Of a stretch of DNA of 64,000 nt, positions 21,660-34,685 are shown piece by piece. The notes under the pieces were generated by a model. That model was not told the DNA's origin. It ran no database searches and worked only from the letters and a program-made list of their open reading frames with translations. Origin of the DNA: Amphiscolops sp. MND2022 (lineage: Eukaryota); contig OZ076409.1 in NCBI GenBank assembly GCA_964187785.1, forward strand, positions 32,180,001-32,244,000. Direction: 5' to 3'. The position numbers and the translations under genes are program-made. Position 1 is the stretch's first letter; each line of letters starts with the position of its first letter.

Positions 21660-22140
21660 TCAAATCGAACATTATTAGTTGGTCCTTCATTTTGTGGTAA
21701 AACCTATTTGTTATTAAATAAAAGAAAACTAATACGCTTGAATAACCCCGAATAACAAATAAAACACTAACTAGACTTCCGGAGCAGAACGAAAACATAC
21801 AACTAGAAGTAGTTTCAGTGGAAGATTTAAAATTTTGTGTAACCAAAACCTAAAAGATCCATTTTTTACTAGAGGAAGGCATAATGATTTAGATTTATTC
21901 TTTATCACAATAATGTTTCGAGTTACCAAAAAGAACAATTAGAAACAATACTAACATGATAAATTCAATTCAACAAACATCGAAAAGTGTATAGATATAT
22001 AGAGAGACATTGCAGGTTTCGATACGTCTTATTATTTGTTAGAAAGTTTGTACAGGGAGGCATGGAAAGAAAAATATAAACATTTGTTGATAAACAAGCT
22101 AGAAGATAAAAATAAATGTAAAGTTAAATGTGTTATGAAT
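21660..22140 (+). pseudogene. Decayed A32/FtsK-type packaging ATPase
   Basis: NRTLLVGPSFCGKT (Walker A), DPFFTRGRHND, SQ..FELPKRTIRNN, LYREAWKEKY. Confidence 0.8.
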
Positions 22141-23699
22141 CTGATAAATATTATGAAACTTTTATTCCGCAAACGGACCCTTTCTAGAATAGTAAAAGTA
22201 CTTAATACGATTTCCATTCTTTTGAATATATAACATTTTCCTCTTTTATTTCTTCTTTTAATCTCTCTAATCTTTGTCTAGAGTCACTGCTAGTAGTTCA
22301 AAACAGTTCCAAATAAATTCTGGTAAAATTTCCAGCTTTGATTTAATTTGAATTTTTTCTCACTTCTTCATCTTCTTTTTTCATTTCATTGTATTGATTA
22401 TCCAACTGATTATTCAATTCGTGTGTTTGATTATGCTTTGATTTAATCTGAAAACTTTCTTTTTTTTCGATCCACATATTTCGATTTTCAAAACATTTGA
22501 CTGATTATCCATCATTTATAAACAGTTTTGAAAGTTAAATAATCTTTCATTTAAAAGCTGACACAATTGTGGTGTTCATTTGTTGTATCATATTCATATT
22601 CTAATAGTTTATCAGCACTTGCTAAGATTATTTAACTGAGCTGATCAGCATTTCCTCCTACTTTTTCGAAGTAAATCACTTCAAATTGATCAATACGTTC
22701 ATCTGGATCGGATGGAGGAAAAATTGACTTGATTCCACTCTTGGAAACAGGTCGGTTTTGCAGTTGTGTTATATCTTTAATGAAGCTGTATCTGTCCAAT
22801 TATCTATCTCCTGGAGTGTTGATTTTATACTGCATGTCATTTAGAAAATAATAATTAGGTTCACGTTTTCTATTGTCCTTTTAATACGTGTAGTAGTCAT
22901 TGAATACGAAAAATTCTGATCGAGTAAATCGTATGATTTTGTTTCTGGTTTTCAGGACCGGTTTAAAAAACTTCTTCCATATCGTAATGAAAGTCTTACT
23001 CCCTTCTTTTATTCTTTCATCTTTCAAGACATTCTTTCTTGCAAAATTTCCAATGTTTCAAAAACATCACGATTATGAATAGAGCACATTAATTAAACTT
23101 TAATTTGGAATTTAGATATGAAACAATTTAAAATTCATAAATATGTTTAATTATTATTTTTATAGGAATAAGATTTTCAGATTTTAAAATACCGAATTTT
23201 ACCCACATATAAACACTTGCCTTGAAGAACAAGTTATATAATATCAGGACCAGTTGCAACAAGCAGTTTTGGTTTTTTTTCTTGCGGCTGCAGATCCAAT
23301 ATTTGCAGCAATTTCAAAAGCTCTACGAGAATTGTTGTGTGTTTTCTTTCCAACATTCTTTGCAACTTTTCCTAGATGGATAAATTAAATCACCCCCTTC
23401 TGCTTGTATAGATTGTTCTGATACTATAAGTGATTGATTTATTTCTTTTACACGCTACACAAGTACCTCCTAATAACTCAACAGGTGCTCCCGTTTTTAA
23501 TTCGAGTACATTCTTTTTGTATAATTTTCGTGGCAGAATAGTGTTTGCCACCAACATAGTATGACTTTTTAAAAAACTTATAGAGCCACAATTTAAATAG
23601 AGTAAAACTTGATGATTTGAATTGTGAATGTTAGGGAGTGAATGTTGAAATCTACTGGGTTATGGCTAGAATCTTCGAGGAAATATTGGATCTTGTCTA

Positions 23700-24560
23700 A
23701 TCTTGTTTTGTTTATGTTTTTGTACAAAACGCTGATTGGGTTTTTTATAACTTAATATCCTAGCGGAGCAATAAGAACAGAACTAAATAGTATTAGTTCT
23801 CTAATTCCGTTACCAATTAGGCGATCTACACAATCACATGTCAGGTGACCTTTGTCTATTGAAGTAATCATATATGGTTTTCTGATATATGAGTTCCCTC
23901 TGAGCAGTCTGTGGTTGTAATTCCTGGGACTTTCTTCAGTTATGAACTAAAATAAATGGGGTTTATGGTTAGTAAAACTGATTTCATTGATATTGTATCT
24001 GCTTTTAGTTCAAATTCAAAACCAGAATCAGAAGGTTTTTGTATTATAGTTCTATTTATATCAATCAATTCATATACTCCTGTTGTTAACACTACTCCAA
24101 AGAATTTTGAAAGGAAGAAATGTTTGTGGATTTGTGTTCTTGGTCTTCCTTAGTTGGTTGTTGGGTGGAAGCTTCAATTATTCCATTTAGTTGGTCAAAA
24201 TGGTTTCTAGTTAGTTTATTTTAGAACAACTATCAACTACAAATGCATTAGTTTTTTTCTACAAAATTGATTACACTCTTTATCGTCTTTTACACAATAG
24301 GTTTTTAAAGAAATATTTAACATTAAATACTAATTGAATTTCAAGTGGACGTTCTTGTTGGTCTGTTAGAAAAATTTCGAAATTGTTGTTGGTGGGTAAT
24401 TTATTATCAACGGTATTAAATTTTTTTAATAAATTTGTAACTCCTATCATCTTTTTTCAGGTAGTAGCGGAGGAAAACGAAAGAAAAAAATTCTGTTTTT
24501 TTATCATTTCAAATGAAGTTTCTTGAGGTAAGAATGAATTTTTTCAACTATGCCTAAACT
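23700..24560 (-). pseudogene. Decayed Polinton minor capsid (penton)-like gene
   Basis: ITSIDKGHLTCDCVDRLIGNGIRELILFSSVLIAPLGY at ~23757-23870 resembles the H-x-x-C-D..NG..IL.S...PGY block of Polinton minor capsid proteins. Confidence 0.55.
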
Positions 24561-24699
24561 AGATTTTGCAATATTTAAAGAAGAGATTCGTTTTAATCAA
24601 ACGTTACAAAATTTGATAGCTCCATTTTTTATGAAAAAGTGTTCAGTTACTCTTGGAAAAATCATTGAATCCACAAGCTGCAATTTTATCTATAAACTC

Positions 24700-25010
24700 T
24701 TGTCTATATCCCACAGTTTGTGTAAGATAGAGAAAATATAAAAAATAAGAGGCACAATAGCTATCATTGTTTTGAATTTGATATTCTGAGTTTATAATAA
24801 TAATTTGATTCATTACATTTACTGGAGGTGGGCAGGCATATGAATAAAAATAAAACTGATCAACAAACATAACCCAGCCTGTTCATTTAGTTGGATGTAA
24901 ATCAACGATACCACTTTTAGTGGTAAAAGCATCATCCCTCATGTGTATTCCAGCTGGAATACCTAATTCAATATGAATTTTTTACTTTTACATTAGAAGT
25001 TGCTTCAATT
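24700..25010 (-). pseudogene. Decayed adenain-like cysteine protease
   Basis: GIVDLHPTK*TGWV (degenerate GTHWV), YFYSYACPPP (degenerate YFDSYG.PP), EYQIQNNDSYCASYFLYFL (Q..C motif). Confidence 0.7.
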
Positions 25011-25689
25011 GTTATTTCAAATTTATCAATAAAGTCTTTGAATGATAAATTCAACATTTATTAGAACATTTTCATCCGACCACGAATTCTTTTCCTTTTG
25101 AAACGTTTTCAACATTCTAAGCCAAATCTACTGAAAATATATAAAAATAGCAGTAAAACGGTAAACATGGGAAACACTTCCAGTCTTCTAATTTTTTTGG
25201 CCATTCTGGGGTCTTTGGGATCAACTAAAATGTCCAAAAATCTCTACAAGTACAAATTGCATGATACTAATTTTACGTCAGCTGAGTTCTATGGGCCCTT
25301 CAACTTGAATTCAAATTTGGTGCTTGAGAAATTAAAAAACGTTTGATTCAAATATTTTCCTTGTCCATGTGAAATTTGGACGAAAAATAACAAGTAAAAA
25401 ATTTATTTCCCCGGTAAAATTAACAGAAATCCAACGAAATTCAATATTCAATCTTCAAAACCACTAATTGAAAGATGAATTTGAATACATTCAGCATTTT
25501 TTTCGGTGAGTCGCTTCGTGCCAAAACAACGAAAAAGATCCCCTATGCTCGTGAAACGCCAGGTTCCTGCTTAAAATCATAAGGAGAATTTCGATTGAAG
25601 AATTTATTGAAAAAAATGCATAGTGCCAAAAAATTCCTACGAGCACCCTTCGGTGTTGCCACTACTTTCACAAACATGAAAATTTTTTG

Positions 25690-25780
25690 ATTAGTGCGAG
25701 ACCGGAAACCATGTACTCCTGCTCCCAAACCGTGCCACCTGGACAAGAAATCCATGCTAACCACTGGGCCAAGTTGCAGT
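25690..25780 (-). repeat. tRNA-derived SINE-like head
   Basis: A-box-like TGGCCCAGTGG and degenerate B-box GGTTTCCGGTCTC; no proper cloverleaf. Confidence 0.35.
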
Positions 25781-26282
25781 GAGAAGTTACTGACTTATAG
25801 AAATCCGTCACCTCTTTAAAAAAAATCGGTAATAGCGCAATATTTTCGAACCCCTTTCTTTTTAGTGAAACGCAATTTACTTTTTATATAGCCTCAAAAA
25901 ATAGGATATAATTTGCTGTCCAGGTCAAACAGTCTTTACTGTATATTTGCTCCATCCGTTCTCCGTAAAAGTGGACGGATAAGAGCTACTGAAAAAGGAA
26001 ACTTGTAAGAGTCTTGCCTTTTCTCCCGACTGAAAATCAAAGGTAATTTACAGAGAACAGTTTTTTATTGCCAGCTTTGACAAGCTGGAAAAGTTCATAC
26101 GAATTGAAACGCTTTTTTGTTTTCCGCACACAAATGGGGGAGGAAAAACGTGATCTGTGTTGCGTTCTTTTTCCAAATTCTGCCTCAACTCCACTCTTCT
26201 CTACACTCTCTCACTTAGTAACTTGACTTATTTTAGTTACTTGACTATTTTACAAATTAGTAAAGTAACTAAAACAGCTTCG

Positions 26283-26432
26283 AGGGGGGGAATAATATCT
26301 AAAGTCAAAAATGAGAATAAGATCTAAAGGGAATAAGATCTAAAATTTCAGGACGGGATTAATATCTAAAGGGAATAGGATCTAAAATCACTAAATTTTA
26401 GATCTTATACTTTAAAGTCTATTCCCCCTCCC
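26283..26432. repeat. Small MITE-like element
   Basis: Ends ggggggaata / tattccccc are inverted; internal reiterated GAATAAGATCTAAA motifs in both orientations. Confidence 0.5.
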
Positions 26433-27866
26433 AAAATAGCTATGGCTCACTTGGTGAGAGCGAAGAAGGTGGAAAATATACCGGTGCTTAGCAGGCGTCT
26501 TGTTGAATATATGCATTTTGTTTCAGTTTTTCCACTTTTTGTTTTCCCACTCTGACTGGTATGTTGACAAATTTTCGGAGCTTTTGATCAGGTAAACTCT
26601 CTGTGGAAACACTGCTTAACATACAAGCAATCAAGACGAAAACAATGACAGCTCTTCAGTACTTTACTAATTTTTACCAATTCGACTTGCTCCTTTCGTT
26701 GTAAGGCGATTAGAACTGAGCCACTGCAATTTGATTTGTTCCTCTTCTACACTTTCTTTCGACTCAAATTACTTCCTAATTTGCTTCAATTAGATTTTTG
26801 TTGATGATTGTGCTAAACAAGAGGATTATTTCCATCTCAAGTCTTCATTTGATCCGGCCTCAAAAACTCTGCGAAAATTTCTACATCTACCCGACACCAA
26901 ACTAGTAGTTTGAAAAATAACACCTAATCGAGCAAGTCATAAAAAATTAGAAGTTGAAAAAATCAAAAACTAATTGATGCATACCTGAGGAAGATGTTCA
27001 TAAATGGAGCAGATGTAATCGTTCTTATCGCCTCGATAGATCAGTGAGTGCGTCTTCTGCTCATCGGTATCCTCTTCAAAGATAACTAACAATAGTGAAG
27101 GTTTCCTTTTAGTGAAAGCTTCAAAATTGAGGACGGATTGCGACTTTAGTTGAAAACATTCATTCAAATAAAAAAGAAGCGAGCGATATATACAGCCACA
27201 AGTCAAAAAACCGGACGATCACAGACGCCACTATTATCCACGTAACAATGACTCACAAAAGACTAAATATCCAGTTATGATTAGGTTAATAATTTTGAAA
27301 GCTTATCTGGTTAGTAATGTGGAATTTTACCTGGAGATAATCTATTAATGTGAAGAAAAGACCAAGTTCAGATACAATTTTACTGCCTTGCTTTTGTTTT
27401 CGAGCCAAGATGAAATCATTAGCGTTATTTGTGACGAAAACCGTTTGCAACTGAGAAAAACTTGGTGACAAAAGCCAGAGCATTCTTCAGGGCAGCAATT
27501 ATATCCCAAGCCGAGAAAAGGTTTTATCACAATTTTGAGGTCTGAATGTCTCAATAGAGTTGAGATTCGAAAATGCAGAAGCATTGGCAACTAAATGGCT
27601 GCGAAATGTAGAAATAATTAGTGGAAAAAGAATTTGTAAAATACCAAGTTGTATTTTTTGACAATGCTTTCATTATAAAATTCATAATAATAAAGCTAAA
27701 TGTTTGCATTTGATGTGGTAAACTTTTACAAGGTTGTTCTGTTAAGTCATCATCGCAAGCTCAGAAGTTATAAAAGGTAAGTTATCTTCAAGTTGCAACG
27801 AAATGCTTAAAAAATTCTTTCCCGGTATCATTTAATTGCTGAACTCAACTTAATAATCCCAAAACG

Positions 27867-27951
27867 TTTCTGACCTTGAGTACAACCTTTTGGTCAATCT
27901 CCTGGTAGCCTACCAGGAGATTGACCAAAAGGTTGTACTGAAGGTCAGAAA
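27867..27951. repeat. Near-perfect 85-bp palindrome
   Basis: 42-bp arms, 1-nt centre, one mismatch. Confidence 0.95.
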
Positions 27952-28959
27952 TTAACTGAGTGTCAATTTAATCAGAAGTCATTACACCATTGAAGCAAGT
28001 CCTTGAGCAAGTCACTTTCAAATCACAGCTTCAAGCCGACCATTGCTTAACCACTTGGGTGCAAACCTGGTTCCATAGCTTGATGATTTCAATTTTTGAT
28101 AGCGAGTTTTTTCGGGAAACTTTTAAAGTCAAAAAGTCGAGATTTTCACGCCGGCCAAGTATTTCGAACCTGTGACAAAATAGTGTATCAAAAATCTTAT
28201 AGAACAATGTTTTCACTGTTGTTGAATCAGAAGAATTCGTGCGAGAAGATAATGAAAAAAATTGTGACACAAAGGTTTTCTTTTAATTTTTGGATGATTC
28301 TTCCAAAATAACGAACTTGGAACGATAATACATTCTTTTCCAAATCCAATACTCAACCGAGGTATCCAATTGCTGACCAATCTAATCTTTCTATGAACAT
28401 ACATTATTGGTGACGAACCAACAGAAATTACACGGTGTAATATCAATCTTTGAGTGGAGATGACTCAAATTGATTTTTCATTAAAGAAACTTTTAAATCT
28501 GTACCTTCTGAAGGAAAAGTAAGCAAAATGAACGTTTGTCACTCAATTTCTTCAACCCAAAATGTCGCCTTAGTTACCATTCTTACTTAATTACACTATA
28601 TTTCATGGGATCTTTCTAATAATTACATTGAATCCCCACACAGTTTTCAAGTGTCTAACCAAAGTGATTGTTTCCCCGTGGATTAGAAATCCGTCGAGAC
28701 ACCTTTCATGGCAAAACTAAATCTTCACTAAACATTAACGATGCAAACACTTTAAGTTTCTGCAGAAAAATGGCTTTGTTTTTAAGAGATCAGACAAAAC
28801 ATTGTGATATTCGGATCAGTTGATTCTACGTACTTTCTTCGTCATGTCATGAATAGGTTCACAGAACTGTGGGGTCATCATTTTGGACACATTTCTCAAA
28901 TGGTTTTCGAACCAGCCGTTGGTCACATTAGTTTGTTCTCTCTCCTCTCCTCTTCCTCT

Positions 28960-29124
<165 letters not shown>

Positions 29125-30095
29125 TCTTTGCAACCCGAAAACCCATATACCTATTTTGTGTTTTTTTTATTTTGAACTTCTACTTGAATTGTTTCTGCAA
29201 GTTCCTTGTATATACCATTTGAAAATGTTTTTGGCAATTACATTTAATTTTAAAAAGTGTAGGATTTGTTTTTTCATTGCCGTATTCAACTAACCGGTAA
29301 TTTGAAACCAGCAGTTCACTTCGTTAAGGAAATCTATTTAGTAGCGTCGATGTAAGAATTGGTAATAAAATCAGGTAGAGCGATTTGTTTCGCTTTGTAC
29401 GGAATAAATGCAATCCAATGAAAAGTCCCGGACAGAATTAATCCGGGATGAAAAAGCAATTAGCTTTCTGTTCTACCAGTCCAGATTCTCATCACCTAAT
29501 TCCCTTGACGAATCAGAAGGGACAATTCACAAAGCATGGATCAGCTCTGGCGTTATAATGGGATTTTTCTTAACTTCTGAACGACACGAATAACAGCCGT
29601 CTTCTAGATTTTCACGCCATTCTTGGCTACTCCTTTTCAACTCTCAGCAGGAAAACCTGATATTCCTGGTAACCATTGAAAAAATTCAAATAATCATTAC
29701 CATAACCACGCTACACAGTTGTTCCATATACTGCTTAGCCTTTGACTTTGAAGCGACTATGAATTGTTTCTGAAACGAAACCTGCATCGTCAATGAATAT
29801 TATATGGGTTGTTTTCTTACTGAGATTTGAAAAGTTTCGGAAATCATGTTTAGTTGACAAGTAGCAAAAAGAAAAAGATTCAAATTTGAATTGCTATACT
29901 TCAAAATAAATGTAATAGATTCAAATTTTTGAATTCTTTCATTTTTACCATTTTTCTAAAACCCGACAGCCAACAATAGTAAAGTAAAATGTAGAAAGGC
30001 ATCGATATCGATACAATCAAACTAAGTTCAACTGAGTAGAACTGAAGAGTTCAGAATTAGGAACTGGTGAAGTTTTTGTCAGAGATCGATCGTGG

Positions 30096-30275
30096 TCAGG
30101 GGAATAGAGCGAGGAATGTGATTGCACCCATGAACTGGGAAAGGAGAATGAGGGGAGTGAAATAGCTGAAGACGGGCCAGAGAGCCAAGTTGATAAACAA
30201 GGAGAAGAGGATGAAGGATGCAGTGGCCAATGGTATGCCAGCTGCAAAGTGTTTTTCCCAATCGTCGCTGGATAC
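30096..30275 (-). CDS. TMEM128: TMEM128-like protein, last coding exon
   Basis: Acceptor TTTTGCAG at 30277-30276, phase 0. VSSDDWEKHFAAGIPLATASFILFSLFINLALWPVFSYFTPLILLSQFMGAITFLALFP* matches the TMEM128 C-terminal pattern (IP..TASF...N.ALW.V.S.FTPL.L..QFMG). Confidence 0.88.
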   Translation of the reverse strand, partial: VSSDDWEKHFAAGIPLATASFILFSLFINLALWPVFSYFTPLILLSQFMGAITFLALFP

Positions 30276-31285
30276 CTGCAAAATCAAAATTTTAAAAAGG
30301 TCTCAAGATACTTCATGATAAATGAGCACGCTACTTGACACCGATGGAATATTTTTCGTGATCATTTGAGCTATTCAATTCGGCCACAATATTCATGAGA
30401 TGAAGGTTGCGGACTCCTAGTGAACTAATGATAACCAATAAAAAGTAAACTTTTTAATGACCAGACGATCTCAAAAAGTAGATTTGGGCCAATAATGATT
30501 TCGCCTTCATCTAAAAACGCTAGAGTTCAGACTGAGGCCTCTCGGTGGAAAATAATGTCTGGAGAAAAGTGTTTAAAAATGTCATCAGAATACATCGTAA
30601 CACGATGAAATGCGCTCGAAATTCCTATAGGTCCAATTGGTCAAAAACGAAAAATGTAACCTCAATAAGCTGTATCAAAATTCCATGCGTTTTGTCAAAT
30701 ATTTTACATTTGTATCCGCTATATTAGAAAACGCTTTTTGTATATTTCCATTCAAGAAAATTATCAGCGCATATTGGATTCGAACCCTCATATTCTGATT
30801 GACAAGATGAAGGAAGAGTTCCATTTATTTTAATATTGATTTCAATTTAGCTTTTGAAACGAACGCAAAAGCTCATTTTACCTTCTAGGTAACATTTTAC
30901 CTTCATTTTATCTGTTAAGTCTATAAGATTATTGTCTTTTATTCACGTATCGAAACTTATAGTTTCAGATGAAATTCATTCGGTTTCCATTTTTTGTAAA
31001 TTTGCTTTCAGAAGTCTACTTAGAATTAGAAGATTTGAAAAATCGCTAATACTGTCGAACGGTCACAGCTAAATCAAATATCTCAAAGAATCGATTAGCT
31101 TTCCTAAATCGCAATAAGCTGTGTCATATCCCTGCATGAGACCCACAACCAGGCAGATGCATTCGGGGAACGTCAGACAGATATAATGTAATACACTGTG
31201 AGACATCTAATTTTCAAACAGCAGATATATTTGTTTATGCTGTAATCTGATTGGGTGAAATTTGAAATCGAATTGTGTCTGATTA

Positions 31286-31424
31286 TTATAACGTAGTCAG
31301 CTATGTTCATATACCCCTAGTGCCCTAAATGCAGGAGTCAAGAGAAGCGGAGCGACGTGCCATATGGCCATGCCTCAATGTTGCTACTTGGCGAAGGGAG
31401 CGAAGCGAACGAGCCATACAACAA
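31286..31424 (+). repeat. Short interspersed repeat, also at ~55665-55803
   Basis: ttataacgtagtcag...cccctagtgccct...cgaagggagcgaagcg..gagccatacaacaa in both places; the first motif recurs inverted at ~55285-55300 and ~62000. Confidence 0.8.
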
Positions 31425-31849
31425 TTATGCTAACCTCTTCAAGTAAACCAAGTTCCATACATATTGGCTGAAACAGCACTAAAAGCTAGTAATTTGAATT
31501 CTGCTGTTTGAGATCTATTTTGTAAATTCGGCTGTGTAAATAGTCACCAGAAACTAGATGTGTATTACATTATGTCCGTAGTAGTCCGCATGCATTCTTG
31601 ACATGAGAAAACAAATGATCACATTCAAGATTGATGATGTGTCATAGCATAGTGGAGACTTCGGGTGTTGATATGGTATTAAGATAAAAATCATTAGTTT
31701 GAGCAATCTGTAGATATTCCCTGAAATATTTTTTATCCATTATAAGATATCCATTATTCAGATAAAAACATAGTTTGAGCAATTTGTAGATATTCCCAGA
31801 AATATTTTTATGCATTTCGGGCTTGTTGACATTCATGCAGCTACAATTT

Positions 31850-33173
31850 TCGCGTCACATATAAGGCTCAAAAATAGCGAAAGGACTTCAAAGTGTCAAA
31901 GTATTCTCTTCTACAGCACCCCAAAACCCAAACGTTGGACCAGATTGGCGCACCAGGGAGAAGCTTTGCGACTTTTCATCCATTCTGTCGCAAATCATCG
32001 GAAGAAAATCATCGCTTTGGTGAAAAAGTTTTTTTTTGAAAAAGTCTCACAATGCCGAAAAAAACAAAGGGGGGACCCTTAGGTATTTTTCAACATCCGA
32101 TCTGCCGTAAAACTCCAAAAGTTGAAGGGGAGCCTTTGTGAAAAAAATTTAGTCGAAAAAGTCAAGCTATGTCGAAAAAACTGAAACGGGACCCTTTGGT
32201 CTCACATGGTATTGTATGTTACGCGCGAAGAAGGAAAACCATTTTGGTTCAGTTCCCTGGACCAACGGGTACATGTTAAAATTTCGTAGAACTTTTGGTA
32301 GAAATAATTTGGTCACTTCAGGTGTATCGAAAAAATCTCAAAAAGCCGAAATTACATCTAAACTTTGAAAACGTTATTTCCGAACTTTGAACATGCTATA
32401 TCCGAACTTTGCAAACGTTATATCCGAACTCTGGAAACGTTACATCCGAACTTTGAAAACGTTAAATGCGAACTTTGAAAACGTTATGTGCGAACTTGAA
32501 AACGTTATATCCGACCAAAATCTAAAGAGGCAGCTTATAAAATCTATCACCTCGTTGGTTTCAAAAACTGCAAGTGCTATAGTCCGCGTTCTCTACGAGA
32601 AGCGCCGACTAAAAAGAGACTTGGATAAAGAATGAGGTCCTCCATGTTCTTACCTAGAAACACACGAGCGGCAGTAACTTGTTTTTAGTCGGCGCGTTTT
32701 CCTTTTAAGGAAAAATGCCCGACTATAGCAGTGACCTTTTTTTTTTCTTCAGACTACAATCCTCACACTGATCGGTCCACTTTTTACAATCCTGCGCAGA
32801 GCACCTGAGGCCAAGTCGCCCAAAGCAAACTTTACTCCAAAGGGTCCCCCCTTTCATTTTTCACTTTTTCAAGGAAACATACATAACCGGACGTGCCCAA
32901 AGGGTCCCCCCTTTGGATTTTTTTCGGCACTGTGCGACTTTTTTTCGAAAATTTTTTAATGTCCCCAAAGGGTCCCCCCTTTGAGTTTTTTGATATTTTG
33001 CAACGGAATGTTTGTTAATAAATCCAGAAGGGTCCCCCCTTTTACATTTTTCGGCACTATGCGACTTCTTTTGAAAAAATTTTTTTCAAAAATTTCAAAT
33101 TTTTTCCAAAAAAAGTGTTTTACGCTTTTTGAGCCTTAGATATGGCGCCGACTTTAGACGTTCTCGTCTTGTT
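31850..33173. mobile_element. Non-autonomous element with inverted subterminal repeats and an internal ~21-bp minisatellite
   Basis: aaggctcaaaaa (~31863) is inverted against tttttgagcctt (~33126); ggggaccctt / aagggtccccc repeats; (ccgaactttgaaaacgttatat)n at ~32360-32515. Confidence 0.55.
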
Positions 33174-33324
33174 TCATTTTACAGTTGATGCTTAGTTGTA
33201 TGACCTACACATATGAGATCGATCCACTAAAACTTTTCCCTTTGCAGCGCAGAGAGTAAATTTGCCTCAGGTGTCTTCGCATTTCTTTCAGCTTGCGTTG
33301 GTCACGTTATACCCTGCCCGAAAT

Positions 33325-33830
33325 CATGAACAAGAGAGTCAGCACCAATCCCCATTGCTTCAATTCAATCATCGGCCCAGCTGACTGTGGCAAGACACAT
33401 TTAATTGGAAGAACGATTACGAATCAGAAAATTTTCCGACCATTTTTCAATAGAATAAACTACTTTTACAAACACGGGAAATAATCTTATAAACAACTTA
33501 TAGCTGAGTAATCAACTAAAGCTATCGATCTTGAACTTCTTCAAGGTTTGGAGTGGAACGCCCTCGAGCGAGGTGAGGCCGTGAAGCAGAGAACTCTGGT
33601 TGTTAATGAAGACGCGGCTCAAACTAAAGAGTTCCTAGACCTACTTATTGCAGGAAAAATGTACATTTGATGGTACTGCGACATCTTTTCCAGCAGTCGA
33701 AAAACGCAAAGACAATTTATCCGAATGTCACCAAGATGATTCTATTCAACAGCCCTCGAGATTTGGAACAGAAGGAATCTTGCGGGGGAGTCAACTGGGC
33801 GAGCGGTGAACGTTATTGAAGACATGAAAG
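33325..33830 (+). pseudogene. Second decayed Polinton-type packaging ATPase
   Basis: IIGPADCGKT, INYFYKH, FLDLLIAG, FQQSKNAKTI..N.T.MILFNSPRDLEQ. Confidence 0.7.
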
Positions 33831-34084
33831 GGCTACGCAACAATCGTTTGGTCCATTACAGGGTAACCGACAAGGCCTTTCAAAACTCGACTTAATCCTA
33901 TCTAGGATCTTTCCTGTAAATCCCCCTACCCACCAATTTATTCCGCCCAGTTACGAATAATCCCCCAGTTAGCGAAATTCGAATAAAGGAAGTTTTTGTA
34001 GTAATTGTATAATATCAAACATAATTTATTTAAACTCATTTTTTATATGAATATTGCAAATGATCATAGAAGAGATGGTGAAGA

Positions 34085-34685
34085 AAATGACTGTAGAAAA
34101 TTTCGTTCGAATCGTATGGACAGTTTTTGCGAAAATCAAAAACAGTCAAAAATGGATGTTTTGGCCATTTTTAGGTTACTTTTGGCTATGTTTCTCACAT
34201 CCCAGCCTAACGAATGTGATGAAATTCCACACAAAGGACCATAATATGGTGTAGAATGACAACAAAATTTCGTTCGAATCGTATGGACAGTTTTGGCGAA
34301 AATCGATAAAAGTCGAAAAATGGCTTTTTGGCCATTTTTGGGCTAATTTTGGCCATGTTTCTTCTATTCCAGTCATACGATTTTGATGCCTTTGCCGATC
34401 CCAGCTTCTCAGATCCTAGTCGAAGGAATTTGATGGAATTACACACAAAGGACCATAATATGGTGTAAAATGACTGTAGAAAATTTCGTTCGAATCGTAT
34501 GGAAATTTTGAGAAAATCGAAAGAAAATCAGAAAATGACTTTGGCCATTTTTGGGCAAATTTTGACCATGTTTCTCCCATTCCAGTCATACGATTTTGAT
34601 GCCTTTGCGCATGCAGGGGCCCCTTCGGGTTTGGAATGACTGTGCAAAACTTTATGAAAAATCGTATGGACAGTTTTTGAGAACT
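34085..34685. repeat. Degenerate tandem repeat (~170-220 bp units)
   Basis: aaatttcgttcgaatcgtatgga core recurs at ~34098, 34265 and 34481, and partially at ~34660, with shared flanks. Confidence 0.75.

Larger units (their letters stand above)
19440..25100. mobile_element. Degenerate Maverick/Polinton (adintovirus-like) remnant
   Basis: Cluster of decayed pPolB-associated, A32-type ATPase, minor-capsid-like and adenain-like protease sequences in two converging blocks. Confidence 0.75.

Noticed and set aside
32387..32635. 82-aa ORF
   Set aside because: Produced largely by the ~21-bp minisatellite.
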